Shown: positions 26,001-36,100, counted from the stretch's first letter. The stretch: 64,000 bases of DNA from Asterias rubens (GCF_902459465.1 NC_047068.1:16430001-16494000); one strand, 5' to 3'. A program made the numbers and translations. Notes: a model not told the origin generated them from the letters alone.

Positions 26001-29000
26001 AGCAATATGTGCATTTCCCAAAAATGTTTACATCTGAGTGACATCTTTACATGCCCAGTTACTGTCTAAGATTATTTTGAGTCCTTTAGCAACAGTAATT
26101 GGAACATTTCTTTAATTATCTAAGTTCTAAATGGCATAGCAATGCCCTTATTTACGACCACAAAATCCCAATTTTTTGGGGACAAAATCCTGTAAACAAA
26201 TAGTAATAATAATCTGGGGCATGACCCCCCCCCTGAGAAATGTGAAATCGCACATTCCAGGATACAAAGGAAATTGACTCCCCCAATCATTAAACTTTGG
26301 CAAAATGACTTATTAGTACATGTAATTTTATGGTAACATTAAATGACCCTTCCGCTAAGAAAAAAAGGTTTAAGAACAGCTTTAAACTCGAGGGCAATCC
26401 AAAGACTCACCACCATGGGGGAGTAAGCTCCAACAGAGGGGGCTGCGGATCTTTTACCAAGGTGGTCTTTCAGCCATTCCAAGGACTTCTTAAGGATGCT
26501 GGATCGCGTCCCATGGTAGATATCGATAAAGTCTAGGGTCTTACTGCGGTCCTTTAGCCATTTGGATATCTCGGTCAGGTCTTCCATTGCTGACTCTATT
26601 GTAAAGAATCACAAACAATGACAATTATATCAAGCATTGCACAGTTGCCAGGTGTAACACACGTGCAAGAGTTCATTTGAGAGCTTTAAATTATGTTCAC
26701 AGATTTAGATTTGGGTACGTAACTATTTCAGGTAGTTTGTCTGTAACAAAACACAATATACATGTAGTACAAAATAGTTATTTAACTCTCCATTGTAAAA
26801 GGTCAGAATGTTTTAGGATTTTTCTTGCTTACCTGGCATTTGGCAGAGCGAGAGATTATCCGAATCAAAATCTAAGGGAAAAAAAGGGGGAGAGTTATTA
26901 ACTCTTTTAAATGTATTTAACCCCTAATTTTACACCAACGTGCAATAGGCACTGCTAAGCTCACATGCTAGTCTGACCCCCACAGCAGATATTTTAACCA
27001 ATATACCACAAAGCATGCCTGCTAATCAGAAAGTGCATTATTATTCATTAACAAAAAAGCAAACATGGATGTGATAGGCTGTTGAAAAAAATTCTGAACT
27101 ACGAGCACAAAGCATGAAAGCTTGTGAGTGCGAAAGCTTGCGAGTACAAAGCCTGCTTACATACATTTATTTTTGGTTTAGAAAGCCCTACTCGGCAAAC
27201 TGGGGTGTTCCATATGGTTTTATCTTCATTTTCAAGTTATAAAATTAAATAATAAAAAAAATCTAAAAAACAAAGAAATCACATAATAACAGTAACTCGC
27301 TACACTCCAAACTCACTACAAACAAATTAATCAACACAGCGAAACACAAGCAACAAACCAACAATTCTACCTTCATCATAAGCTGATATTTTTGGGGTGT
27401 GGGGGTTGTAAAAAAAGGAATTCCGGTTAAAAACGGAGAAATCACATAATAACAGTAACTCGCTACACTCTAAACTCATTACAAACGAATTCATCAACAC
27501 AGAGAAACACAAGCAACAAACCAACAATTCTACCTTCATCATAAGCTGATATGGCATCAAGTAGCAGGACTGGTGGTACAGGTTGGCCGTGTCGACTCAG
27601 TAGCACTCTAAACTCATTCTGAAGGGAATCTTTGCCAGTATTAAACAATGATGTCTACAAGAAAATCAATGGTAAAAGGAATTACATGAAGATAATAGGT
27701 GTTAATTGGTAAAGATGAAAAGGATGTGTTAATCTGGACTCTTTTTTTTTACTTGAGATATCCCATAATGGTGAGATTGAGTATCTCATCTCAGATGAAC
27801 TTTTGCCCCTTGTTTGAAACTGTAGACATGAAGAACAGCAATAGGTGCCCTCACTGGCATTGACTGGGGTAAAAAAGTGGCCTCACTGGGATCACAGGCA
27901 TACGATTGGAAGAACACAGTTCTTTGTGCGTAAAAACATGTGCGTGAGCTAAGCGTAAGTAAGTGTAGCATTTCCCATCATACAAGGGGTCTACATGTAT
28001 AACAATACTCACTGCTTTGGCAAGCTCCGGACTGCTCGGGTTGTGTTCCTCAAAGAAGTACTTGGCTTGTTCAATCTGCTGCATGTGACTGAGGTAGAGC
28101 TCCAGACCGTTGCCAGCACTGTAATAAGGAGACATGTATCCAAAATCATTTACAGATTTAGGGATGGTACTATTTGTTTTAAGAGAAAGTTTTGTAAAGA
28201 AAAAAAAGAAGCCCCGAGCCAGTATTACTTATCAAGCTGGCGTTTATTTCCAGTTTACTTGGCATTAAAAAACAAGAACATTTCTATTCCCCATGACAGG
28301 ATGCCAGTCCATCGCAAACTACTCCCCAGCTCTCGCGGGGTACCCATTTGGGCTCCTTAGAGGAGAGAAGCCATTATGATGAAGTGCATTGCTCAAGGAC
28401 ACAAGTGTCGCACACGACAGGTCAGGATTCAAACCCACACTTTGTAAATTACAGAACTTGAATCCAATAAGACCATTCAGCCACAACACCCATGCATGCA
28501 GAAGTAGGCTCCTCATCTTAAGGTGCCTAGCAAACACATGATGTTGGATCAAGCTAAGGGAAGGCTAAGTTTGCATTCTACAGTGTCTTACCTTGTTTCC
28601 TTTAATAATAATAAATAATAATGTTGAACATTTCTAGTGCACCATGTCTGTCAATGATGACACTCCTGGCGCAAAAAAACAAGAACTCTGCTAATACACA
28701 ATGACACAAGACAACCAAAAGTTAAAATGCTATTGTTTCTGAAATAGATATCCGATCTAATTACTTTGAGAAGTACTTGACTGAGTCTGACTGACCAGTC
28801 CACGAACCTACATTCTGTAACTTATAGAACTTGAGTCCACCACCCTAGACCGCTCGGCTATAACACCCCTAATCTTCATAGGCTTTTCTTCAAATTCCCA
28901 CACAGACATGGCAGACCTTAGCTGAGACCAGACCCAAAACTTACCCTGCCTTGACTGGTTGCTCAAGATCCCGGACTGCATCATGGTGACTCAAGACATC

Positions 29001-31317
29001 ATCAAAGTTAATCAATGTGTTTGAAAGATCTAAGAGGTTCAGGAAATATATTGGGACTTGAACAGAGTACTGAGCCCTGGAATAGGTTTTCCGTCACGAC
29101 TTGATGGTGGGTTTCCCCAATGGTTTTTCGTCGCACAATTAAAACTAAAATTTGTTCAAGTTGCTTTTCAACATCCCTTCCTAGTCACTTGGCGTTAAAG
29201 CTCAATTATGGGCTCCATTTCATGGTAGAAACACTATACAAAATGTACACTGCTCCAAAATTGATGAATAAGCCCAAGCCAGAGTCAGACCCCAATTTGA
29301 AAAAAGCCTCTGGGTTTCATTACCATAATCAATAGACAGGTCTCATGCATATTCAAACATTGTTGAGACATTTTGGTCCCTCGTACACGTACAATATATA
29401 ATTAAGTGTTCAAATGGGTCCCAATGTTCATATACAGGTGAGACTTGCAGTCTAAAGATCAACAAAATAACACTTTTCCCAAGTAACCACCAACATGTGA
29501 TAAAAGGATACTTTCTTGAAGTTTCTGCAAGGACACTGTCTCTTTGTGTACAGGGAGTATGTTTTGCTCCAACTGGGCCAATCTGTCTTCAAACGATGTA
29601 AGAATGGTCACCTGTTGCGAGAGAAAAACCAACCATTAGCATCTAAAGAACATCAGGCCTGAAATTACATGGAGGTCACGACCTCCGTTGCCCCTGGTCT
29701 TGGCCTCTATGACCTTACACAAAGTTTCCCATAGACTTCAAGACTTATAGTGAAAATGGCCTTGCCCTCTCAAAGGTGAAATTCCAGATGTGTGTCCTGA
29801 GCCAGTGTGGCTTATCAGGCCGGTGATTTATCCAGTTTCATTGGCACAAAACAACTGAGAAAGTTAATATTTCCCAACTCTCGCTGGTAACCATTTGTAC
29901 CCTTCACCCAGGGGGACTCTGTGAGGGAAGACGTTGATACAGTATTTAATAATCTTAATAATAACTAACTATAATTCTGGAGGTTAATCATCCTTTACTT
30001 GCAGCTAAGAGCTGAATTGCGAAAGATGCCTTTGGCAGCCAGCCTCATCAACCCATTTTTGACCACGGAACATACCCAGAGATCAAAAGTGCTTGATTTT
30101 TCCCATAGGAGGAAAACTGGATGAAAAAAAGGGATTGGAGTGCCATGGCAGCCCGGGTCTCAAGTTGTACTGCCATGAGTGTACAAAAATGATGGGGTTG
30201 TAAAAGTTAGTGAATTTTTAATGGTTCTGAATGGTTTTGAATGGTGTATTAGTAGGAGAATAAATTACCATATTTGATGTCATCTGACTGCTTTTACCAA
30301 GGCTTTCCTGGATGAAGGTAAGATCCTCTGCTCCCTATAAGAAGAAAAAAAGTTAAAATATTTTTGGTTTTACCATACAGTGTGATAAGCACTGTGTAAA
30401 TAATAATTGTATTGTAAAAAAAAACAGAACAATAATAATTAATATATAATTTAAGATATTTGTTATTTCATTAATTTAGATATTTTACTTAACAATAAAA
30501 AATTGCAGGAAAACAGCAGAATTACAATCAAAATCGATATGATAATAACACAAAGACAAAACAAAATACAAAAGGGGCCTACGTGCAAAAGAAAGAAAAG
30601 AAAAAATTTTTTTATACAAAATGACTCAAAAAATAGTAAAACACACATAAAGTAAGTAGATTCTTCAATCACTCTTTATGTTTGTTGTTATTTTTTATCC
30701 CTGCTGCAATTCGAAAATGTTAAAATTTTTATTGAACAACTCAAACTCAGTCAAACAAAAGAAAGAGTGGAAAGTTTCCATGTGGCGCCACCATTTGTTC
30801 AATCGATATGAAATAATATAGATAGCATCTAATTTACCTCAATGAGGTATCCCTTTTTGTAAAAATGAGTGGTGGCGCCATACGGAAAGTTATCCGAAAC
30901 TCGAAAGGGTTCATGTAGTAGGTACTAATATAATTATAATAGTCTATAAAGTATTATTATTTTTTAAGAAGATAGTATATAATTAAAACTAAATTTAATT
31001 TCCAGACCAATGTCATGACAAAAAAATTATTGAAAAGGGAGGCGTAGCTTTCTCACACTCTGCAACTAGTAACTGTGGATCGAGTAATGCTGCAGGTACC
31101 GTCAGTGCATAAGTAAAAGCACTGTTAGCATTGAACTGATCAGAGACAGCCCACAGACTAGACAGTGGGAGACTGTCGTCCGTCGACGTCCCATCATCTT
31201 GCGTGTGACAGCCACTCCCACACAACACAATTCCAGTTTACACAGCACTCATCATCTACCACCTACCTTTAACAACTTCTCGTCGATATCTTGTATCTTT
31301 TGCACCGTGTCTTCCAT
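1902..31317 (-). CDS. EXOC7: Exocyst complex component 7 (Exo70), 21 coding exons in window, 3'-terminal exon outside window
   Basis: Hand-spliced exons (high->low): 31317-31267, 30334-30269, 29611-29512, 29029-28945, 28118-28013, 27654-27534, 26871-26833, 26595-26411, 25915-25851, 25396-25344, 24238-24135, 23533-23429, 22734-22615, 20644-20546, 19965-19906, 18379-18310, 18101-18042, 17429-17309, 16672-16577, 16088-15968, 2035-1902. All are GT-AG and phase-consistent, totalling 1961 nt (653 codons + 2 nt). Recognisable Exo70 motifs: ILTSFEDRLAQLEQNILPVHKET, MPRDGTVHELTSN, AIFLLNNYHYILKSL, KLKDRERQQIKDKFKGFN. Confidence 0.96.
2135..2518. mobile_element. Kolobok-like non-autonomous DNA transposon, family A
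   Basis: TTAA|AGGCAGTGGACAC ... GTGTCCAGTGCCT|TTAA. A TTAA target with 5'-RR termini is the Kolobok signature. Other copies at about 9901-10235, 13821-14415, 15492-15833, 23690-24034, 43413-43802, 44985-45130, 47882-48260, 49197-49553, 53880-54055. Confidence 0.8.
4159..4926. mobile_element. Kolobok-like MITE family B interrupted by a SINE
   Basis: TTAA|AGGGACACG ... GTGTCCCT|TTAA; related partial copies at about 5500-5692 and 63795-64000. Confidence 0.72.
4454..4874 (+). mobile_element. tRNA-derived SINE, family 1 (full length)
   Basis: Pol III A box TGGCCTAGCGG, B box GGTTCGAATCC, 3' (ATT)n tail, short ttcaa duplication. Confidence 0.82.
6624..9260 (-). CDS. Hypothetical nested gene in EXOC7 intron 20 (exons 9260-9070, 6716-6624, possibly 5392-5272)
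   Basis: ATG in a CpG-rich patch with an open frame to AG|gtagat (phase 2). A 93-nt phase 2-2 open exon has a cccttatcattag acceptor and a gtgagt donor. No recognisable homology. Confidence 0.3.
7990..8519. repeat. 16-bp minisatellite (GGAACCATGTTCTTGT)n, about 33 units
   Basis: Directly visible tandem array; occasional GGAGCC variants; GGTACC-type degenerate units at the left edge. Confidence 0.98.
9340..9695. repeat. Degenerate tandem repeat, about 118-bp unit x3
   Basis: ttttatggtttcaacacacaa...cactatgtggactt...tccacacagtgtta recurs at about 9342, 9462 and 9578. Confidence 0.85.
12880..13125. mobile_element. GC-rich MITE with about 45-bp TIRs
   Basis: gacttgtagacaagttgttaaatgtctgtcgcggtgatag vs ctatctcaccgcggcagaccatcaacaacttgtctacaagtc. 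Confidence 0.7.
13661..13757 (-). CDS. Candidate duplicated/alternative EXOC7 exon 20b (…EATGKVKDKKERQQIKDRFK)
   Basis: Open frame ending AAG|gtcaga at the same codon position as exon 20. The last 10 codons differ from exon 20 by 5 synonymous and 1 conservative change. Acceptor uncertain (13757 phase 2, or 13720 phase 0). Confidence 0.5.
13821..14415. mobile_element. Kolobok-like family A copy carrying a nested MITE
   Basis: AGGCACTGGACAC...GTGTCCACTACCT|TTAA; internal sequence is interrupted at 13857-14097. Confidence 0.75.
13857..14097. mobile_element. PIF/Harbinger-like MITE (GGGCCCAATTTC TIR, CAG TSD)
   Basis: TIRs gggccaatttcat / atgaaattgggcc flanked by a CAG duplication. Family copies at about 20943-21100, 24600-24797, 41502-41760, 48745-48937, 52495-52753 and 62780-62950. 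Confidence 0.7.
15968..16088 (-). CDS. EXOC7: EXOC7 exon 20 (WNKVLFHILEVNKPMSTQRVTQDASKLKDRERQQIKDKFK)
   Basis: ctttcactttcag| acceptor, |gtagga donor; phase 2-0. Confidence 0.95.
16577..16672 (-). CDS. EXOC7: EXOC7 exon 19 (SELMKLVIISTPDIETHYADIIREQKKEYSK)
   Basis: ctacag| acceptor, |gtagtc donor; phase 2-2. Confidence 0.93.
17309..17429 (-). CDS. EXOC7: EXOC7 exon 18 (AKVLGALSLNLDQKAKTYSDQYLGAIFLLNNYHYILKSLE)
   Basis: Conserved IFLxNNY motif; |gtaagt donor. Confidence 0.96.
18042..18101 (-). CDS. EXOC7: EXOC7 exon 17 (DHSSRNQDIEAKKKKVSIYV)
   Basis: tttcag| acceptor, |gtaagt donor; phase 1-1. Confidence 0.88.
18310..18379 (-). CDS. EXOC7: EXOC7 exon 16 (ALTFLEHLLDYVETTAAMLTGQR)
   Basis: caccag| acceptor, |gttagt donor; phase 0-1. 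Confidence 0.93.
18623..19666. mobile_element. 1-kb non-autonomous DNA transposon with 13-bp TIRs and 6-bp TSD
   Basis: gatatg|CAGACATGCCAAC ... GTTGGCATGTCTG|gatatg; subterminal aaaacc(t)gtatt repeats; internal (AAAATA)n at about 18827-18890. Confidence 0.8.
19906..19965 (-). CDS. EXOC7: EXOC7 exon 15 (NDPDKSNMPRDGTVHELTSN)
   Basis: Exo70 DGTVH signature; tctcag| acceptor, |gtaagt donor. Confidence 0.96.
20546..20644 (-). CDS. EXOC7: EXOC7 exon 14 (GTTPTTRGKLPTLISSLETTGAKALEEFFDVVK)
   Basis: GAKALE motif; |gtaagc donor. Confidence 0.95.
21145..21540 (+). mobile_element. tRNA-derived SINE, family 1
   Basis: A/B boxes and (ATT)n tail. Other copies or fragments at about 8517-8898, 24345-24470, 33511-34073, 61526-61740 (+) and 20150-20260, 28340-28490, 41330-41496, 51125-51262, 51905-52150 (-). 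Confidence 0.8.
21696..22105. mobile_element. MITE (TGTGATGCGATCAA TIR); second copy about 44177-44582
   Basis: Imperfect TIRs; shared internal aacaggggtgaaattttc motif in both copies. Confidence 0.6.
22230..22330 (-). mobile_element. tRNA-like head of a second repeat family
   Basis: Minus strand tagttcagttggtagagcg...ggtttgagtcc; related copies at about 10815-10915, 11330-11395 and 43045-43140. Confidence 0.55.
22615..22734 (-). CDS. EXOC7: EXOC7 exon 13 (AISSAAKRAVLKHDYTAVLTVFPVAKHLSQIRPEFEETLQ)
   Basis: tttttacag| acceptor, |gtaagc donor; phase 0-0. Confidence 0.95.
23156..23296. mobile_element. Short foldback MITE
   Basis: gcaatacgcgtcat...catctttgatgtattttacac vs gtgtaaaatacatcaaagat...atgacgcctattgc. 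Confidence 0.65.
23429..23533 (-). CDS. EXOC7: EXOC7 exon 12 (SEVQLMIGIIPGEHQRKAFDKIIDRSMEMIFQDGE)
   Basis: ttctag| acceptor, |gttagt donor; phase 0-0. Confidence 0.94.
24135..24238 (-). CDS. EXOC7: EXOC7 exon 11 (QKKINSLTPDTHVEMESDIEHYLYSISGLLKLMQ)
   Basis: ccatag| acceptor, |gtaaag donor; phase 1-0. Confidence 0.92.
25344..25396 (-). CDS. EXOC7: EXOC7 exon 10 (VVARKGSSASQSSRGEA)
   Basis: ctacag| acceptor, |gtgagt donor; needed to bridge phase 2 to phase 1; lies in the variable linker. Confidence 0.82.
25851..25915 (-). CDS. EXOC7: EXOC7 exon 9 (TAGKVHRSKDTPKGRTTTALR)
   Basis: acctag| acceptor, |gtaagt donor; KDTP motif; phase 0-2. Confidence 0.9.
26411..26595 (-). CDS. EXOC7: EXOC7 exon 8 (ESAMEDLTEISKWLKDRSK...AYSPMV)
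   Basis: caatag| acceptor, |gtgagt donor; phase 1-0. Confidence 0.93.
26833..26871 (-). CDS. EXOC7: EXOC7 exon 7, 39 nt (DFDSDNLSLCQMP)
   Basis: ttttcccttag| acceptor, |gtaagc donor; phase 1-1; matches vertebrate VTLEHLP. Confidence 0.85.
27263..27550 (-). repeat. 163-bp tandem duplication of the EXOC7 exon 6 3' end plus intron start
   Basis: atcagcttatgatgaag|gtagaattgttggtttgttgcttgtgttt present twice (donors at 27533 and 27370). Confidence 0.9.
27534..27654 (-). CDS. EXOC7: EXOC7 exon 6 (TSLFNTGKDSLQNEFRVLLSRHGQPVPPVLLLDAISAYDE)
   Basis: ttgtag| acceptor, |gtagaa donor; phase 0-1. Confidence 0.93.
28013..28118 (-). CDS. EXOC7: EXOC7 exon 5 (AGNGLELYLSHMQQIEQAKYFFEEHNPSSPELAKA)
   Basis: ttacag| acceptor, |gtgagt donor; phase 2-0. 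Confidence 0.94.
28945..29029 (-). CDS. EXOC7: EXOC7 exon 4 (NLSNTLINFDDVLSHHDAVRDLEQPVKAG)
   Basis: tcttag| acceptor, |gtaagt donor; phase 1-2. Confidence 0.92.
29512..29611 (-). CDS. EXOC7: EXOC7 exon 3 (VTILTSFEDRLAQLEQNILPVHKETVSLQKLQE)
   Basis: Conserved Exo70 N-terminal coiled coil; phase 0-1. Confidence 0.95.
30269..30334 (-). CDS. EXOC7: EXOC7 exon 2 (GAEDLTFIQESLGKSSQMTSNM)
   Basis: ttatag| acceptor, |gtaatt donor, phase 0-0. Confidence 0.92.
30769..30897. mobile_element. Small MITE (GGATAACTTTCC family); another copy nested in the SINE at about 33771-33890
   Basis: ggaaagtttccatgtggcgccacca ... tggtggcgccatacggaaagttatcc. Confidence 0.65.
31267..31317 (-). CDS. EXOC7: EXOC7 exon 1 (MEDTVQKIQDIDEKLLK)
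   Basis: accATGG start; AAG|gtaggt donor; aligns with vertebrate REIEDKLK. Confidence 0.85.
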
Positions 31318-31490
31318 GGTTGTGTTGTTCAGAAACAACAGCTCAGTTGAAGAAATTACCCTTAACAATCTGCAACGAATGGGCTGTTTACTTATTATTG
31401 AAACTTTAAACGAACACTGACACTTCACTTCACGGTGCAGGAAGTCGCCATTTTATTTTTGCACTGGTACCCGGCCCCGCCTTCTTTTTT
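31318..31490 (-). promoter_or_regulatory. EXOC7 proximal promoter/5'UTR
   Basis: YY1-type CGCCATTTT at 31446-31454 and GC-box-like GGCCCCGCC near 31472. Confidence 0.5.
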
Positions 31491-32354
31491 TCTACGCAGA
31501 CACTGTATGGGAAGTTTTATTACCCGTGAAGTAGTAAACAAGAACATGCGTGCAATAGACTAGCAAAACGTTCTCCGCTGTGTGGTGCCCTTATGTGTTC
31601 CGCTAGGTTTCTCCCAACGCATTGTTTTAGGTGCAAAACAGTTTGATTGGTCTTCAAAAGTATATGACCCTTTGACATCTGCAGAATGTCACACTTTGCG
31701 AGTAGCCTATGCGCGCTATATAACAGATACTGTGCAGGGGGACCGGGGGGGGGGGGCATCTCTGTCCTTATTTTTATACAAACTCAAAAGGGCGTCCACC
31801 CGTCCTTTTTATTCAGAGGGGGTATAATCAAAGCTCAATTGATCCTTAATGACAAACTTGCTTCTCTACATTATGGGCTTTACTAAATGCAAATAATGAT
31901 GAATACATATTATTTTACGCTTGCCCGAGTACAGGTACCCCCTCAACCTCCCCCCTCCCCCCTCAAAAAGGAAGGCCAAAGGGGGAAAGCGAAGGAAAAA
32001 CACGTCATCAGTAAAACAAAAATGTATAACAAAAGAGGAAAAAATCATATACGCGGCCTCCTTTGCCTCGAAGGTAAAGTCCCACAGCAGTAGTTCAGTG
32101 GCTCCTTTCGGCAACCAGAGGCAATTCAAACAATTTTGTCCCCATGAAATCTGAGCAACCAATGCCCCTCCCCCCCAATCTCTTTCCGGACTGCTCACAA
32201 TATTCAAACATTCGGGCGACAGTGGTACCTTTGAGACCCCTTAGTTTCACTACCAACTAGATATAATAAAATAATAAATAGAACTGTAATAGTAAAACAA
32301 ATGAACAGCAAAAGACCAATTAACTGTCTCTTGAGAAGGGCCGCGCCCCTTTCC

Positions 32355-32472
32355 TTGAACATGCTAATAAAAACAACTAAAAGTGGTCTTCTTTTCCCCT
32401 CACAAAAATGCGTAAGGAACATGCTAATAAAACTAACTAAAAGTGGTCTTCTTTTCTCCTTACAAAAATGCG
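32355..32472. repeat. 60-bp tandem duplication in the EXOC7/G-alpha spacer
   Basis: gaacatgctaataaaa..actaaaagtggtcttctttt..cct.acaaaaatgcgt x2. Confidence 0.9.
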
Positions 32473-32619
32473 TGATTGTATTGTTCAGTTTTTCAAATAT
32501 CTTTAGGGTTGGATTTTTTGAAAAATGGTTAAATATGAACACTTTTTTTCAGTGTGACAAATTGTTGGTGTCAACTTTCGTTGACAATGACAAGTTGCTT
32601 GACACACACTGCTGACCAT

Positions 32620-32733
32620 GACAGTAGGGCGGCAATCGCGGTCATTCACACAGTAGACGCACACACGCACGCACTCGGGTATTGCTTCCGGTTCGTGACG
32701 TCATGGGTGTGGTATGGGAACATTACAGCCAAC
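32620..32733 (+). promoter_or_regulatory. G-alpha12/13 proximal promoter
   Basis: CpG-rich; ETS core CTTCCGG next to a full CRE TGACGTCA at about 32685-32703. Confidence 0.55.
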
Positions 32734-33195
32734 ATGGCGGGCAATGTTTTTACGTGCTGCCTCTCTCCGCAGCAGATGGAGGCGAAATCTCGGAGTAAAG
32801 CCATCGACAAGGAGTTAAATAAATGCAAATCCTACATCCGAAGAGAAATAAAGATTCTCCTGCTCGGTGCTGGCGAGAGTGGTAAAAGCACCTTCCTCAA
32901 ACAGATGAAAATCATACACGGACAAGAATTCACCGATGAAGATCTGCGCGACTACCGCACCATTATATTCTCGAACATAATCAAGGGGCTGAAAGTGCTA
33001 CAGGACGCCCGGAATAAACTGCAGATACCGTGGGGTGATTCGACGAATGAAGAACACGCCACAAATGTTATGTCTTGTGATACAATTCAGCTGGTAGATT
33101 CTACGGTTTTTTCTGAGTTTGTTGTGAGCTGTAGGGCGTTATGGGCCGATAGTGGAATACAGGGGGCTTACGACAGACGAAGGGAATTCCAATTG
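32734..33195 (+). CDS. GNA12/13: G-alpha12/13 exon 1 (MAGNVFTCC...RRREFQL)
   Basis: gccaacATGG Kozak; P-loop; TTG|gtgagt donor. Confidence 0.95.
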
Positions 33196-36100
33196 GTGAG
33201 TGTGTTATTTACGACCAATGTGGTTGTGGGGGAGTTAACTATTTAAACTAGTTACTTGCATAGTTCATTCATGCAGTATAAATTATGGTCATTGGGTGAC
33301 TGGTCTTGATGCATGATTGTGTTGAATAACCCACATGTCTAGTCTCTAGAGGTAACATAATCAATGTCAATGACAATTGACATGAATATCATATGGGGGT
33401 TAATAATATAAATAATACAAAAATATGTTTTTGTTTACAGTTACACAATCACAATTATGGATTATTTTAGATGGGAGTTTTTAATGTTAACTTTTTTTTC
33501 AAAATTGTCATGTCATCATGGCCTAGCGGTTAGTAGAGCACCAAATTCAAACTCTGGTGTTTCTGACCTGCAGAGTGTGGGTTCAAGTCCCAGTCGTGAC
33601 ACCTGTGTCCTTAAAAGCAAAACACTTTAACAATGATGCTCTGTTTATTGGATTCTGAGACATAAAAGCTGTTGGTTCCGTGTGTTGTGTAATGCACATG
33701 AAAGAACCCACACACTTATCAAAAAGAGAAGGGGTTTGCCCGGTGTTCCTGGTATATTACCAGCATATTGGGATAACTTTCCGTATCCTGCCAGTGCCAC
33801 CACTTGTTCACAAATTTTTACAAAAAGGGGTATCTCATTGAGGTATTTATTACATTATTTCATATCGAATGAAAAAGTGGTGCCGTGATACACAAACTTT
33901 TCTGCATAATGCACCAAAGCACCGTGTAAACTTTAACATGGTGCTACACAAACCATGTAAAAAGAGTAATTCAAATGTAGTCCCACATACATGTACCTTG
34001 CATGAAAAACTGAATGTTAAAGTGCCTTAAGTTCTGAGTGACGGATGCGCGCTACGTAAGAAGCCACTATATTAGACATACATTGTAATGTACACGTACA
34101 CAGAGTGCTTCATTGTGTACATGTACATGTACATGCAAGAGCAAACCTCAATCATATGGACCAGACAGTGTTCAGGAAGTTTAGTATTGTTTAAAATGTT
34201 GTTACAGACAGGGATGTTGATACAAGCCTTCAAACACATTAAGTAATGTACATGTAATAGGCCTAACATTGTTTCTGTTGGATTGTTTTACTGGTCATTG
34301 TAAAACATTGCACCAGTGTACTCATGGTCTATCGTCAGTTGGGCATTGTACATGGTAGATAGTACACTAAGTCTAATTGTGCAAGATGTTCTTGACATGG
34401 TTTAACCATGGTAAAAAATAGACTATTCCACCGATAGAGGGTGTATCTGTAAGCTGCGATCCCATTTTCCAGTGTTGTGTGACCTGGAAGTTTTTCTATA
34501 GCGCCCGCTAATGTTCGATAGTAATGTGCACAGCGAGGAAGGAGCGGGGCATTGCGATAGTTGAGTGATATTGTTCTAACAATGTCTTGCACTAATACTA
34601 CAAATGTACAGGTGGATACAAACAATGTAGTTGTGCAATTAATGGCTGACCCTTACCCAATGATTGAACAATCATGGACTTGTCCTTAGAGTGTAAACAT
34701 CAAAGCTGTCAGGAACCTTTTACACCATTCAGGCATTTAGCACAGGGCTCGAAGGGAAGGGGGGAATCCATATAAGACATGTAAGCTCAAAATGTCTACT
34801 TTATTTGGACTAAATGTCTATTGGACTGGAGAGTTTGTTACAAGACCGGAATGAAATTGAAGAGAACATGAACCCTTGTGCAAGACACTTTACCATTGAT
34901 AAAGTTTGGGAGGTTGCATTCTGAGCACTCTATCATAAAAATAGAACAGGAAAGACACGATGAAGAAGAAGCTCTATATGTAGGCTCCTAGTGAATCATT
35001 AGGGGGCCTAAGCCATTTTGAGATGGTCTCTAAAAAGGTTAATGAACATTTGTACATTGTACGTCCTTCAAAACATGTGAATTTATCAGATCACATGAAG
35101 TGCAGTTACCTAGTATTAACCAATGTATCACCTGTCATGCCTGCTGCCAAACAACATTCACAACAACCACAGTAGTTAGAGAGAGCTATTACAGCATAGT
35201 GTCCACAGCTTTAAGGACTAAGGGGAGAACAATTCTAAATAGTTTGTAAATTTTTCAAATTCACATTCCTTTGGATGTAGGTATGACGTTATTTCATATA
35301 GACCACCACACCCACTTGGCTCAAGTGATTATGAGAAGTCCTGTACTACATACTGTACAGTTTCTCTCCTAGTCCTAGTCATACATGTAGGACTTCTGGA
35401 TCTAAACAGCATTGATGATGTACACACACATGTCACATGGTTTGCCTTTCGTGTCTTAGGCTGGACTTAGTTTTTATAAATTGTTTGCATACATACATAC
35501 ATGTACATATTTTAGTAGAAAGATCCTTTTTCCAGGAAAATGACCTTCTTAAAGTTCCATGCATTGGAATAAAAGTACTTCACTGTACACTGTGTACGTC
35601 AAGCATTCAGTCTAAATTCTGAGTGCTTACTGAATTGCTGTACCCACAGTACAACCCATCTTCTCCACCACCTGCTTGTCTGTAGGTTTATGGCCCTGTG
35701 AGTGAATGTGCAGTCATTTTAGTGTGTAACAAACATGTAGGACTTCAGGCTTGTATGCTTTGTTTTTAAAAGGGCAAGGGCACCAAGGCATTTTCTCCTT
35801 GGTAATAAAGGGCCACCATAATAAACTGAGAAAATTGTGAATTTCTACTGGGAAATTCCCTAAAGGGTTGTACAACTTGTGCCCGACTTTGTTTTGCTAA
35901 GCATAGAATCTTGCTAAATAGTATTTTCTGCTTAGCAGCTTTTTGAACATGGGCCCTGGAGAGAGGGCTGAAAGGTTTGAAGTATGATGTAGTTTACTTA
36001 CACTACACTGTACAAATACAAATAATACAAATCTCGAGTCCCTTCCTCATCATAGAACACAGGCCAGCATTATCCCCACATGGGCTTTTTATGAAGTCCC

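Noticed and set aside
32554-32733. N-terminal extension of G-alpha from the GTG-started ORF
   Set aside because: The ATG at 32734 has an optimal Kozak context and gives a canonical-length G-alpha. The upstream sequence contains promoter motifs.
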